Shown here: one piece after another, positions 54,065 to 63,217 of the stretch
Position numbering within the stretch: the stretch's first letter is position 1
Layout of the letters: every line of letters starts with the position of its first letter
Source: Rhodobacteraceae bacterium UBA1943
Lineage (GTDB): Bacteria; Pseudomonadota; Alphaproteobacteria; Rhodobacterales; Rhodobacteraceae
Direction: 5' to 3'
Length of the DNA: 64,000 nt
Assembly: GCA_002336845.1 (NCBI GenBank)
Contig: DDEX01000035.1
Span: 2,474-66,473, forward strand
The notes under the pieces: generated by a model
The model's input: only the letters and a program-made list of their open reading frames with translations
Told to the model about the DNA's origin: nothing
The model's database searches: none
Made by a program: the position numbers and the translations under genes

Positions 54065-54721
54065 TTATATGGTTTCCCAAAGCAGGCCCACGGCAATGCC
54101 GAGCAGGGTCAACCCACCCGCCCAGGCAAAGATTTCACGGGCCCGCTTGCTTCCGTTCAAGGTTTTCGTCATCGCCCCGCCCATGGCCGCGACAACAAGG
54201 TCCGATGGCACGGCCGTAAGGGGGACAAGACTGCCGAGGATCAGCAATTGCAGCGTGACATCGTCCCTTTCTGTCGGCGCGCCTCCCAGCGAAACGAAGG
54301 GTGGCAAGAACAGGGCGAAGAACAGAACCGTCTTGGGGTTGAGAAGCTCGACCAGTACGCCCTGCCACATGATGGCAAGCATTGGCCTGCGGCTGACTTC
54401 GTTCAGTGATATTTCTTGCTGGGCACTGGCATGGGCGTCGCGGATCATGCCGATGCCAAGCCAGATCAGATAGGCCGATCCAAGATACCGCAACGCCAGC
54501 ACCAGCCCGTCGAACCGGGCAAACAGGCTGGCCAGACCCAAGGCAGTTGCGATGGCCAGCACGATGCCGCCCAGGCAAAGGCCAAGCGCCGAGGCAAGGC
54601 CAGCGGCGCGGCTTTGGCCAACGCTGCGCGACAGAACATACAGCATCGATGGCCCCGGCACCGCACTCAGGGCAAAGCCGGCCAGGGCCACGGACAGAAT
54701 GGATTGCAGGCTGGGCATCAT
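54065..54721 (-). CDS. LysE/RhtB family amino-acid (or small metabolite) exporter
   Basis: N-terminus ..LAGFALSAVPGPSMLYVLSRSV.. and six hydrophobic segments; 218 aa. Confidence 0.82.
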   Translation of the reverse strand: MMPSLQSILSVALAGFALSAVPGPSMLYVLSRSVGQSRAAGLASALGLCLGGIVLAIATALGLASLFARFDGLVLALRYLGSAYLIWLGIGMIRDAHASAQQEISLNEVSRRPMLAIMWQGVLVELLNPKTVLFFALFLPPFVSLGGAPTERDDVTLQLLILGSLVPLTAVPSDLVVAAMGGAMTKTLNGSKRAREIFAWAGGLTLLGIAVGLLWETI

Positions 54722-55791
54722 CAGGCGTTGCTTTCCTGTATCCGGTGTTCAAACGGGTTCTGGATCTGGGCGCCCCGAGGGGTAATGCCAGAGGCCTCGC
54801 TGCGCCGACGCCGCTCTCGCAGATAGGGAAAGTCACGCAGCAGCATGCGTTCAAGATGGGCACCAGCAAGAAATGGCTGATACTTTGGCCGCTCACCACG
54901 CCGGACCAGCCGGGGGAACGGACGGATCAAGGTATCGTGGTTCGCGGCAACGAAATAAGGCATCGAGAACCGTTCTGGCATCAGGTTGACAACCCGGTGC
55001 GGAGTGGATTTCAGGATGCCGTTGCTCCATGCCTCCAGCATGTCGCCGATGTTCACGACATAGGCGCTGTGATCAACGGGAACGTCGATCCAGCGGTTGT
55101 CTTGTGTCATGACCTGAAGGCCTTCGTTGCGCGTGTGCAGCAGGGTCAGGCACTCATAGTCGGTATGCGCGCCCATATTCACCGACCGGCGGTCAACTGT
55201 CTGGCCCGCGCGTACATAATGCAAAAGACGCAACTGCGATATCGGCCTGCTCATGTGGTCGGTCAGCGCGCCATGCGGCAGGCCCAGATAACTTTCCAGC
55301 GCCCCGCAGACCAGGCGGCCCAGTGCGGCAACTTCGGTGTAATAGCGAGAGACGGTTTCCTTGAAACCGGCGAGGTCCGGCCAGACGTTCGGGCCCAGCA
55401 CCAAATTACCGGACAAGAAATCCGGATCGTCCCTCGGCAGATCAAGCCCAAGGTCGAAGGCTTCGTAGTTGCGGTGAACTTCGTCCGGATAGTCGCCCTT
55501 TTCGGTGAAGGGGACATAGCCTCGATGATTGGGACTGCGGCCAATGTAATAGTTTTGCTTGGCCTGATCGGGCAGGGCGAAGAACTGCTGTGCTATCCGG
55601 TAAGTCGCCTCGATAAGGTTCGGATCGATGCCATGGTGATGCACCCTGAAAAAGCCGATCTCGCGCGCCGCCTCTCCCAGTTCAAGGGCGATCCGCCTTT
55701 TGCTGGCAGCATCGCCGCGCCTGAGATCGCCGATGTCGATAAGCGGCAGATCGTGAACCGCAGGTTTTGGTTTCAGAAAAGACGCTGCCAT
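54721..55791 (-). CDS. 2-oxoglutarate/Fe(II)-dependent oxygenase (isopenicillin N synthase-like)
   Basis: HxD facial triad in GAHTDYECLTLL, distal His/Arg region ..LKSTPHRV..; 356 aa. Its stop shares 1 nt with the LysE start codon. Confidence 0.82.
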   Translation of the reverse strand: MAASFLKPKPAVHDLPLIDIGDLRRGDAASKRRIALELGEAAREIGFFRVHHHGIDPNLIEATYRIAQQFFALPDQAKQNYYIGRSPNHRGYVPFTEKGDYPDEVHRNYEAFDLGLDLPRDDPDFLSGNLVLGPNVWPDLAGFKETVSRYYTEVAALGRLVCGALESYLGLPHGALTDHMSRPISQLRLLHYVRAGQTVDRRSVNMGAHTDYECLTLLHTRNEGLQVMTQDNRWIDVPVDHSAYVVNIGDMLEAWSNGILKSTPHRVVNLMPERFSMPYFVAANHDTLIRPFPRLVRRGERPKYQPFLAGAHLERMLLRDFPYLRERRRRSEASGITPRGAQIQNPFEHRIQESNA

Positions 55792-55895
55792 TGTGACCCC
55801 CCAGTCGCAAGAGCCGTCAGGCTATTGGTTCATGGTTAACAAAGCGTTCCCACGTCCGGTCCTGCCTTTGGATCACCGGTCCATGTCTGGCTTGG

Positions 55896-57236
55896 TCAGG
55901 GAATGGCGGGAAAGGTCAATTGAAACGACGATCCGCAGCCGGGTTCTGAGGTTACCGTGATCGTACCGCCCGATTGCTGGGTGAACCCCTGCACGATGGA
56001 CAAGCCCAGGCCGGTGCCCACCCCGACCGGCTTGGACGTATAGAATGGATCGAAGATCTGGGGCAGCCGGTCAGGCGGAATGCCAATTCCGGTATCGGCG
56101 ACGGTCAGGCGCACATAGCGCCCCGGTGGCAGGCTGGCGGCCAGCCCTGCGGCATCGGGCAGCGTATGGGTAAGGTTCTCGGTCTGGATCATGATCCTGC
56201 CACCAAGTGCGGTTGCGTCACGCGCATTTTCGACAAGGTTCAGCAAGGTGCTGGCGATTGCCTTGCGGTCAGCCATGATCCGACACGGATCCTCGGCCAG
56301 CGTCAGTTTCGGGCGAAGTGCAGGATCGTTGTGGCGCGCGTCGCAGAACTTCGTGACCAGCTCATTCAGGTCAAGCGCGACGGGTTCCAGCCGGGTACGC
56401 TGGGCAAAGGCCAGCATGTCACGCATCAGTCTGGCGCCTCGCTCGGCTGCGATTTTGGCTTCGTCCAGGAACTCGGCCGATCCAGGGTTTGTGGCCTCGG
56501 TCTCGACAAGTTCCAGATTGCCCAGAATGACGGTCAGCAGATTGTTGAATTCATGCGCGAAGCGACCGGTCAGCTTGCCGATCGCCTCGAGGCGTCGGGC
56601 TTCGAACAGCTTGGCCTCCAGCGCCTTGCGCATACCGGTTTCTTCGGTCAGCCGGTCATGCGAGGCGACCAGATCGCGGTATCGTTGTTGCGATCGCTGG
56701 GCCTCTGCCAGCAGTTCGAGCTTGGCACCGGCCAGGGCGGCCACGGTGGTCAGGATTTCAAGCTCGGCTTCGCCGAATGCGTTCGGTTCTGGGTGCTCGC
56801 TGTCGATCACGCCGACAACACGGCCACGAAAGACCAGCGGTACGCAAATCTCGGACCGGGCGGGCTGGGTGTCGGGTATGTAATTCTGGCTTTCCAACAG
56901 GTCATCGACAATGATCGCCTTGCGCGTCTGCGCCACCTTGCCGGTTATTCCTTGGCCAAACGGGATCACCAGAGGATTTATGATGTTGCGACCGAACGGG
57001 TTCTTGTCGCCCCATGCGGCCACCTGCGTCAGCCGCGTCTGGTCGTCATCGGCCTGGTAAATCACGCAATCGACGAAGTTCAGCCGCCCGACCACATTCT
57101 GTGCGACGTACCAGAACAGATCCTCGACGCTGGGGATCTGGATCAGGTCCACCGCGAATGTGTTCAAGGTGCGCAGGGCGGAGGCTTCGCTTGACAGCCC
57201 CCAGACAGGCGCACTCTTGACCACGGGACTGTGCAC
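55896..57236 (-). CDS. GAF-domain sensor histidine kinase
   Basis: GAF-like N-terminal half, H-box FAHEFNNLLTVILGNLEL, N-box LVENARDA, G-boxes DTGIGIP and GTGLGLSIV. No response regulator is adjacent. Confidence 0.85.
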   Translation of the reverse strand: MHSPVVKSAPVWGLSSEASALRTLNTFAVDLIQIPSVEDLFWYVAQNVVGRLNFVDCVIYQADDDQTRLTQVAAWGDKNPFGRNIINPLVIPFGQGITGKVAQTRKAIIVDDLLESQNYIPDTQPARSEICVPLVFRGRVVGVIDSEHPEPNAFGEAELEILTTVAALAGAKLELLAEAQRSQQRYRDLVASHDRLTEETGMRKALEAKLFEARRLEAIGKLTGRFAHEFNNLLTVILGNLELVETEATNPGSAEFLDEAKIAAERGARLMRDMLAFAQRTRLEPVALDLNELVTKFCDARHNDPALRPKLTLAEDPCRIMADRKAIASTLLNLVENARDATALGGRIMIQTENLTHTLPDAAGLAASLPPGRYVRLTVADTGIGIPPDRLPQIFDPFYTSKPVGVGTGLGLSIVQGFTQQSGGTITVTSEPGCGSSFQLTFPAIP

Positions 57237-57415
57237 GGTTCGTATCCTTATGAACCCGAATACGAAGGATTATTACGGAAGATAGTTTTCAAGTATAGCA
57301 AGAAAACCCGGCCGTTAGGGTGGCGAATATCTTGGACCAGCTTGTGGTGAGCTGCAATTCGGTCAGGCTTGGCTGGCATGATAGCTGGGCGTCAAATCGC
57401 CTGACCGGCCACGCT

Positions 57416-58033
57416 TTACCGGCTAAGGGCCTTGCCGAACATCGCGGCCAGACGGGCGATTGCCGCCTGATAGGCTGCAAAGTCCTGACTGGAGCTTTTG
57501 ATCCCGAATTTGGCCGCCATAAGCATGGCCGCAACTTCTTGGGCGGTTGATCCAAGCCCCTCCAGCGTCAACCTGCCTGCCACGACACCTTCGTCAATCC
57601 AGCCTGCGATGCTGTCGGTAATGCGGACATAGAATTCCTGCACTTCGGCCTGATTGAAGGGGATGTTGGCGGACAGGATCTCGTCGGCATGGGGTGAATT
57701 CATCATTGCCTCGACCGCTTCGCCGTCAATCGCGCGAATGGCTGCAAGCAGTGTTTCGGCGGGTGTTGTCTCCGTTGCCAAAACCTTTGCTACCGCCTTT
57801 TCCGACCGCGCGAAATGGGCGCGGACCAGCGCCTTGAAGATGTCTTCCTTGCCCGCATAATGCAAATACAGCGCCGGGCGTGACATTCCCGCGCCCTTGG
57901 CGATGTCGGCCATCGAAGTTCGGCGAAGACCGTATTGCGCAAAGCAAAAAAAGGCCGACCGCAGAATGGCGGCATCCTTCGGGTCTTCCGGGGTGGGATC
58001 TGCGGCGGACATGACATCGTATCGCATGTACAT
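57416..58033 (-). CDS. TetR family transcriptional regulator
   Basis: HTH region (AILRSAFFCFAQYGLRRTSMADIAKGAGMSRPALYLHYAGKEDIF); divergent from the hydroxylase genes. Confidence 0.88.
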   Translation of the reverse strand: MYMRYDVMSAADPTPEDPKDAAILRSAFFCFAQYGLRRTSMADIAKGAGMSRPALYLHYAGKEDIFKALVRAHFARSEKAVAKVLATETTPAETLLAAIRAIDGEAVEAMMNSPHADEILSANIPFNQAEVQEFYVRITDSIAGWIDEGVVAGRLTLEGLGSTAQEVAAMLMAAKFGIKSSSQDFAAYQAAIARLAAMFGKALSR

Positions 58034-58063
58034 GGCACGCCGTCAAACCTGGCTTTGACATTA

Positions 58064-58087
58064 TGACACTACTAGTATAAAGTGTCA
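58064..58087. promoter_or_regulatory. Inverted repeat TGACACT-N10-AGTGTCA (candidate TetR operator) next to a TTGACA box
   Basis: TTGACA at 58055-58060. The 7-bp arms flank an AT-rich TATAAA (58076-58081). SD GGAGG at 58093-58097 precedes the 2Fe-2S subunit ATG at 58105. Confidence 0.55.
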
Positions 58088-58104
58088 GAAAGAGGAGGCC
58101 GTGC

Positions 58105-58569
58105 ATGCCCATTACGCTGAATATCAACGGTGCGCTTCAGTCGGTAAATCTGCCGCCCGACATTCCGCTATTGTGGGCGTTGCGCGATGGGTTGGGGATG
58201 ACAGGTACGAAATTCGGCTGCGGTGTTGCAGCTTGCGGGGCCTGCACGGTGCTGATCGACGGCGAGGCTGTCCGTTCGTGCCAGGTGGCGCTGGGCGATG
58301 CAAAAGGCCAGATCACCACGATCGAGGGTCTGGGACAGCCAGATAACCTGTCGCCAATTCAGGCGGCCTGGATCAAGCATCAGGTCGCGCAATGCGGCTA
58401 TTGCCAGTCGGGCCAGATCATGCAGGCCGCCGCGCTGCTGGCGACCAACCCGACCCCCACCGATGAGGACATCGATCAGGTGATGCAAGGCAACCTGTGT
58501 CGCTGTGGCACCTATCCCCGTATCCGTGCCGCCATCCATGAGGCGGCCGACATGATGAAGGCGGGTTGA
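58105..58569 (+). CDS. (2Fe-2S)-binding small subunit of a molybdo-hydroxylase (IorA-like)
   Basis: Two [2Fe-2S] Cys clusters ([12 protein letters not shown] and [13 protein letters not shown]); 154 aa. Confidence 0.9.
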   Translation: MPITLNINGALQSVNLPPDIPLLWALRDGLGMTGTKFGCGVAACGACTVLIDGEAVRSCQVALGDAKGQITTIEGLGQPDNLSPIQAAWIKHQVAQCGYCQSGQIMQAAALLATNPTPTDEDIDQVMQGNLCRCGTYPRIRAAIHEAADMMKAG

Positions 58570-58570
58570 C

Positions 58571-60817
58571 ATGGCAAACTGGAGAAAGATCACACGCCGT
58601 TCGTTCATGGTTCTTGGCGCTGCGGTTGCGGGCGGTGCGGCCTTTGGTGTCTATAAGGTCACCGAAGTGCCGCCCAATCCGCTGCAACCTGCTGCCGGAG
58701 CGGTTCCGCTGAACCCTTGGGTCATCATCAACGCAGACGGTGTGACTGTCATCGCTCCGCGGGCCGAGATGGGGCAAGGCATTTCAACCACCTTGGCAGC
58801 CCTGGTCGCAGAAGAGCTGGATGTCGATTGGGCGCAGGTCCGCGTGCTGCATGGGCCGCCCGCGCAAGCCTATTTCAACGCCGGTTTCGCCGAGCGGATG
58901 TCGAACGAGCCGGACTTCAAGCTGGCAAGTGCGCCCAAGTCGCACAATGTGCTGCTGGAGGCTGTTCCGAAGATATTCTCGTTACAGATCACAGGTGGAT
59001 CGACCGGGGCCATCGGTGGGTTCATGCAGATGCGACTGGCTGGGGCAACGGCACGCGAGGCATTGAAAGCCGCAGCCGCAAGACGGTTGGGCGTTTCGCC
59101 GGACCAGCTAAGGACCGAAGGGGCGCGGGTCATCGGGGCGCAAAGTTTTGATTATGCCGAATTGGCGGAAGAGGCGGCATCGCTGGTGCCATCCGACGTG
59201 CAACTGCGCGATCCGTCCACCTGGCGCTATATCGGCAAGCCGATGCCGCGTCTGGACATGGTGGCGAAATCGACCGGCACGGCGCAATTCGGCATCGACA
59301 CCTGGTTGCCGGGCATGAAGTTCGCATCCGTCCGCATGAACCCCAGACGCGGTGGCGCCATGAACAGTTTCGATCCAAAACCCGCGATGGCCATTGCCGG
59401 GATTGAGCGCGTGGTCGATCTGGGCACAGGCATTGCGGTGGTTGCCAACAACACCTGGTCGGCGATGCAGGCGGCACCGCTGGTCTCGGTAGATTGGGGG
59501 GCCGCCGATTATCCCGCTGACAGCGAGGCAATGTTTGAAAACATCGCCACCGCGTTTGCCGGCGAACCCAATTCCCGCCTGCGTGACGATGGCGATGTCG
59601 AGGTGGAACTGGCAAAGGGCGACCTGATAGAGGCGGAGTACCGCATTCCCTTTCTTGCCCATGCCGCGATGGAGCCGCTGAACGCCACGGCCTGGCTGAA
59701 ACCCGATGGCACGCTTGAAATCTGGTGTGGCAATCAGGCGCCGGTGCTGACCCGCGATGCCTGTGCCGCCGCTGTTGGGCTAACAGCCGACAAGATCACC
59801 CTGCATACGCCCGTAATGGGCGGCGGCTTTGGTGGACGCACCGATCCGGTTCCTGCGGTGTTGGCGGCGCGCGTGGCAATGGAATTTGCGGGGACTCCGG
59901 TCAAACTGACCTATAGCCGCGAAGAAGATATGGCGCAGGACTATTACCGCCCCGCCGCCATTGCCCGCCTGACTGGCCGGATCGAGGGCGGCAAGGCCAC
60001 GGCCCTGTGGGGCCGGACGGCCACCCCGTCTGCCACGCGCAACGCGCTGGCGCGGTTGGTGGGTTTTTCTCCGCCCGGCCCGGATCGCGGCTCGGTCGAA
60101 GGGGGGTTCGATCAACCCTACGGTCTGGCGAACTATCGCTATGATGGCCACCTTTCGGACCTTACGGTTCCGCTGGGCTTCTGGCGCTCGGTCGGGAATT
60201 CGATGAACGCGTTCTTTCTGGAAAGTTTCATCGACGAGATGGCGCATGCGGCAGCGACCGATCCCTTGGCCTTTCGGCTTGATCTGATGCAAGAGACGCA
60301 TGCACCTTCAGCCGCCGTGCTGCAAAAGGTGCGCGAGATGTCGGGCTGGGATCGGCTGAAGCGGCCCGGTTTCGGGCGCGGGGTTGCCTTTTGTTACTCG
60401 TTCGGCACCCCGGTGGCGCAAGTGCTTGAGGTCGGGCAGACGCCGGACGGCATCCGCATGACCCGCGCCTGGATTGCCTGCGACCCCGGCCTGGCGATGG
60501 ACCCGGCCATCATCGAGGCGCAGATGACCGGAGCCATGGTCTATGGCCTGTCGGCTGCCGTGCGGGGCGCGATCACCTTTGCCGACCAACAGGTCGTCGA
60601 AAACAATTTTTACGATTACGAGCCGCTGCGCCTGCATCAGGTGCCCGCATTCGAGGTGGCGATCCTGCAAAACAATGGTCAGTTTGGTCATATCGGTGGT
60701 GTGGGAGAGCCGGGTACTCCACCGGCTGCGCCTGCATTGGCAAATGCGCTGTTCGATCTGACGGGCAAGCGCGTCCGCGAATTACCACTGTCGGATACTT
60801 TTGATTTCATCGCTTAG
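58571..60817 (+). CDS. Molybdopterin-binding large subunit of an aldehyde/isoquinoline oxidoreductase-type hydroxylase (IorB-like), Tat-exported
   Basis: Tat signal ITRRSFMVLGAAVAGGAAFG. 748 aa, xanthine-dehydrogenase-family pattern. Starts 1 nt after the small-subunit stop. Confidence 0.85.
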   Translation: MANWRKITRRSFMVLGAAVAGGAAFGVYKVTEVPPNPLQPAAGAVPLNPWVIINADGVTVIAPRAEMGQGISTTLAALVAEELDVDWAQVRVLHGPPAQAYFNAGFAERMSNEPDFKLASAPKSHNVLLEAVPKIFSLQITGGSTGAIGGFMQMRLAGATAREALKAAAARRLGVSPDQLRTEGARVIGAQSFDYAELAEEAASLVPSDVQLRDPSTWRYIGKPMPRLDMVAKSTGTAQFGIDTWLPGMKFASVRMNPRRGGAMNSFDPKPAMAIAGIERVVDLGTGIAVVANNTWSAMQAAPLVSVDWGAADYPADSEAMFENIATAFAGEPNSRLRDDGDVEVELAKGDLIEAEYRIPFLAHAAMEPLNATAWLKPDGTLEIWCGNQAPVLTRDACAAAVGLTADKITLHTPVMGGGFGGRTDPVPAVLAARVAMEFAGTPVKLTYSREEDMAQDYYRPAAIARLTGRIEGGKATALWGRTATPSATRNALARLVGFSPPGPDRGSVEGGFDQPYGLANYRYDGHLSDLTVPLGFWRSVGNSMNAFFLESFIDEMAHAAATDPLAFRLDLMQETHAPSAAVLQKVREMSGWDRLKRPGFGRGVAFCYSFGTPVAQVLEVGQTPDGIRMTRAWIACDPGLAMDPAIIEAQMTGAMVYGLSAAVRGAITFADQQVVENNFYDYEPLRLHQVPAFEVAILQNNGQFGHIGGVGEPGTPPAAPALANALFDLTGKRVRELPLSDTFDFIA

Positions 60818-60902
60818 GCTGTCGTCTGGGATCCCGCATTTCCGGCCAGATGCCAACGGAATGTCGGCATATGGTCACTAACCAGAGGGCTGGCCACGGC
60901 GT

Positions 60903-61946
60903 TCATGCCAGCCTCGCCGGGATAGGTGGCACCTTGATCAGGACCGGCGCAATCTGGTCGTCTGAAATCATGGACCACAACTTTTCCAGCATCGCGGGCA
61001 CATCCTGACGTACCATCAGGATGTTGTCGGAAAGCGATTGTGCCAGCGGATCCCAGTCGAAACAGCCGATGGCGGCAGTTTGCAGCAGGTCGGGCTGGCT
61101 GGTCTTGATCCAGCGCAGCACGCCTTCCAACGATATGGTCGAGTTGACGAACATTCCTCGCGGATGGTCGGGGGCCACATCGTAAAGGCGCTGCAACGCC
61201 TGTTCGGCCTTTTCCGCCGCATAGCCGCAGGGCAGGATGCAGTCGTCCCGAACCGCGATGCCCATCGCCTCATGCGCGGCGCGAAAGCCGCGAATACGCT
61301 CTGCCGTGTTATTGTCGCTGCCCCGGCCGCCAACGAAGATCAGGGGCTCGTTTACCCCGAAACGCCGCAGGTTGCGCCGCAGCACCTCTTCGGTCAGCGT
61401 GCGTGCCCCTTCGTAATTGTCGGAGATGACCGAGGGCGCGCGGCTGCCCGGCAGGTCGAGGTTGAAGCTGCGCACCCCCGCTGCGGCGCAGATTTCGGTA
61501 ATCCGGTCAGGGTCGGTTGCGCCGGTGGCGATGATACATTCCACCTGATAGGACAGCATGGCCCGCGCCGCCTGCACCTCCAGTTCGGGGTCGCGCTGTG
61601 TGCAGGTCATGATCGGGAACAGGCCACGCTCGCGCGCCATGATCTCGAACCTTTCGGCAATCGATCCGAAATAGCGGTTGTCGTATTTCGGGACGATCAT
61701 ACCGATGATCCGTGACCTTTCGCGGCGCAGCGCACTGGCCTGCATGTTCAGCGAATAGCCCTGCTCGACCGCGAGTTTCTGGATCCGGTCCGCCAGTTTC
61801 TCGCTGATTCTGCGTTTCTTCCAGTTGCCGTTCAGCACTGCACTGACCGCGCTGGCCGAAGTTCCGGCAATCTTGGCCAGATCGTAAATCGTTGTTCTCT
61901 TGGTCGGACTTCCCTCGGCCACGCGGCGCCCCATGCTGCTGTGCAT
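60903..61946 (-). CDS. LacI family transcriptional regulator
   Basis: HTH (TTIYDLAKIAGTSASAVSAVLNG..RISEKLADRIQKLAVEQGY) plus a sugar-binding-like domain; divergent from the xylF-like operon. Confidence 0.88.
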   Translation of the reverse strand: MHSSMGRRVAEGSPTKRTTIYDLAKIAGTSASAVSAVLNGNWKKRRISEKLADRIQKLAVEQGYSLNMQASALRRERSRIIGMIVPKYDNRYFGSIAERFEIMARERGLFPIMTCTQRDPELEVQAARAMLSYQVECIIATGATDPDRITEICAAAGVRSFNLDLPGSRAPSVISDNYEGARTLTEEVLRRNLRRFGVNEPLIFVGGRGSDNNTAERIRGFRAAHEAMGIAVRDDCILPCGYAAEKAEQALQRLYDVAPDHPRGMFVNSTISLEGVLRWIKTSQPDLLQTAAIGCFDWDPLAQSLSDNILMVRQDVPAMLEKLWSMISDDQIAPVLIKVPPIPARLA

Positions 61947-61985
61947 GACAGCTTGACAGGTAATTTGTTCCGTATCAAGAATGCG

Positions 61986-61995
61986 TCATCGATGA
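61986..61995. promoter_or_regulatory. Palindrome TCATCGATGA (candidate LacI-type operator core), with a related CAATCGATGA at 62008-62017
   Basis: Two ATCGATGA-containing sites 22 bp apart in the LacI/xylF divergent gap. TTGACA box at 61953-61958. Confidence 0.4.
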
Positions 61996-62105
61996 AGCAT
62001 TGATGCGCAATCGATGAAACTGGCCAAGCCGAAAGATCGGTCATGCGGGGGAGATCCGTGATCCGATGCGCGAGGCGGTCTGCGATAACAGTGGAGGAGA
62101 CACTG

Positions 62106-63152
62106 ATGAAGCACTTCATTCCGACTTTGGCTCTGTCGGCGGCCGCCGCCTTGATGGGCGGCGCGGCTTTGGCACAAGAGGCGGCGACCGTGGCATTCCT
62201 GATGCCTGACCAAGCCTCGACCCGGTACGAGCAGCACGACTTTCCCGGCTTTCAGGCCGAAATGGCCAAGCTCTGCGCCGATTGCACGGTGATCTATCAG
62301 AACGCCAATGCGGACGTCGCACTGCAACAGCAGCAGTTCAACTCGGTGATTGCGCAAGGCGCCAAGGTTATCGTGCTGGACCCTGTGGATTCCGCCGCCG
62401 CCGCCGGTCTGGTGACGCTGGCCCAGTCGCAAGGCGTCAAGGTCATCGCCTATGACCGCCCGATCCCGGACCAGCCGGCCGATTACTATGTGTCGTTCGA
62501 CAACCAGGGCATCGGCAAGGCCATCGCTCTGTCGCTTGTTGAACATATGAAGGCCAGCGGCGTTCCGGCCGGGGCTGGTGTGCTGGAAATCAACGGCTCG
62601 CCCACCGATGCGGCGGCCGGTCTGATCCGTGACGGCATCCATGAAGGTCTGAAGGATTCGGGCTATGTCACCCTGGCCGAGTTTGACACGCCCGATTGGG
62701 CGCCGCCCAAGGCGCAAGAATGGGCCGCAGGCCAGATCACCCGGTTCGGCGCCGACATCAAGGGCGTGGTTGCGGCCAATGACGGCACCGGCGGCGGCGC
62801 GATTGCGGCCTTCAAGGCGGCAGGCGTAAGCCCGGTTCCCCCGGTTACCGGCAACGACGCGACCATCGCGGCGCTGCAACTGATCATCGCGGGTGATCAG
62901 TACAACACAATCTCCAAGCCTTCCGAGATTGTGGCGGCGGCGGCGGCAAATGTTGCCGTGACCTTCCTGAAGGGCGAAACGCCTGAACCGAAGACGTCGC
63001 TTTACAATACGCCGTCGGAACTGTTCGTTCCGGCCGTCGTGACCGCCGAAAACATCAAGGCCGAAATCTTCGACAAGGGCATTCAGACCGCCGAAGAAAT
63101 CTGCACCGGCGAATATGCCGAGGGCTGCAAGAAACTCGGCATTACCCAGTAA
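62106..63152 (+). CDS. xylF: D-xylose-type ABC transporter periplasmic binding protein
   Basis: Start at ATG 62106 (SD GGAGGAG). Signal peptide MKHFIPTLALSAAAALMGGAALA. Conserved XylF blocks: VKVIAYDR, YVSFDN, AANDGTGGGAI, TGNDA, NTISKP. Confidence 0.7.
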   Translation: MKHFIPTLALSAAAALMGGAALAQEAATVAFLMPDQASTRYEQHDFPGFQAEMAKLCADCTVIYQNANADVALQQQQFNSVIAQGAKVIVLDPVDSAAAAGLVTLAQSQGVKVIAYDRPIPDQPADYYVSFDNQGIGKAIALSLVEHMKASGVPAGAGVLEINGSPTDAAAGLIRDGIHEGLKDSGYVTLAEFDTPDWAPPKAQEWAAGQITRFGADIKGVVAANDGTGGGAIAAFKAAGVSPVPPVTGNDATIAALQLIIAGDQYNTISKPSEIVAAAAANVAVTFLKGETPEPKTSLYNTPSELFVPAVVTAENIKAEIFDKGIQTAEEICTGEYAEGCKKLGITQ

Positions 63153-63163
63153 GCAAGACCATC

Positions 63164-63191
63164 TTGTCCGGCCCCTGTCAGGGCCGGACAA
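63164..63191 (+). terminator. Intercistronic GC-rich stem-loop after the binding-protein gene (attenuator / mRNA-stabilising hairpin)
   Basis: TTGTCCGGCCC ctgtca GGGCCGGACAA: perfect 11-bp stem, no U-tract, 12 nt after the xylF-like stop and 27 nt before the ATPase ATG. Confidence 0.55.
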
Positions 63192-63217
63192 TCTGAACTG
63201 TCGGGGAGGGCGGTTTC

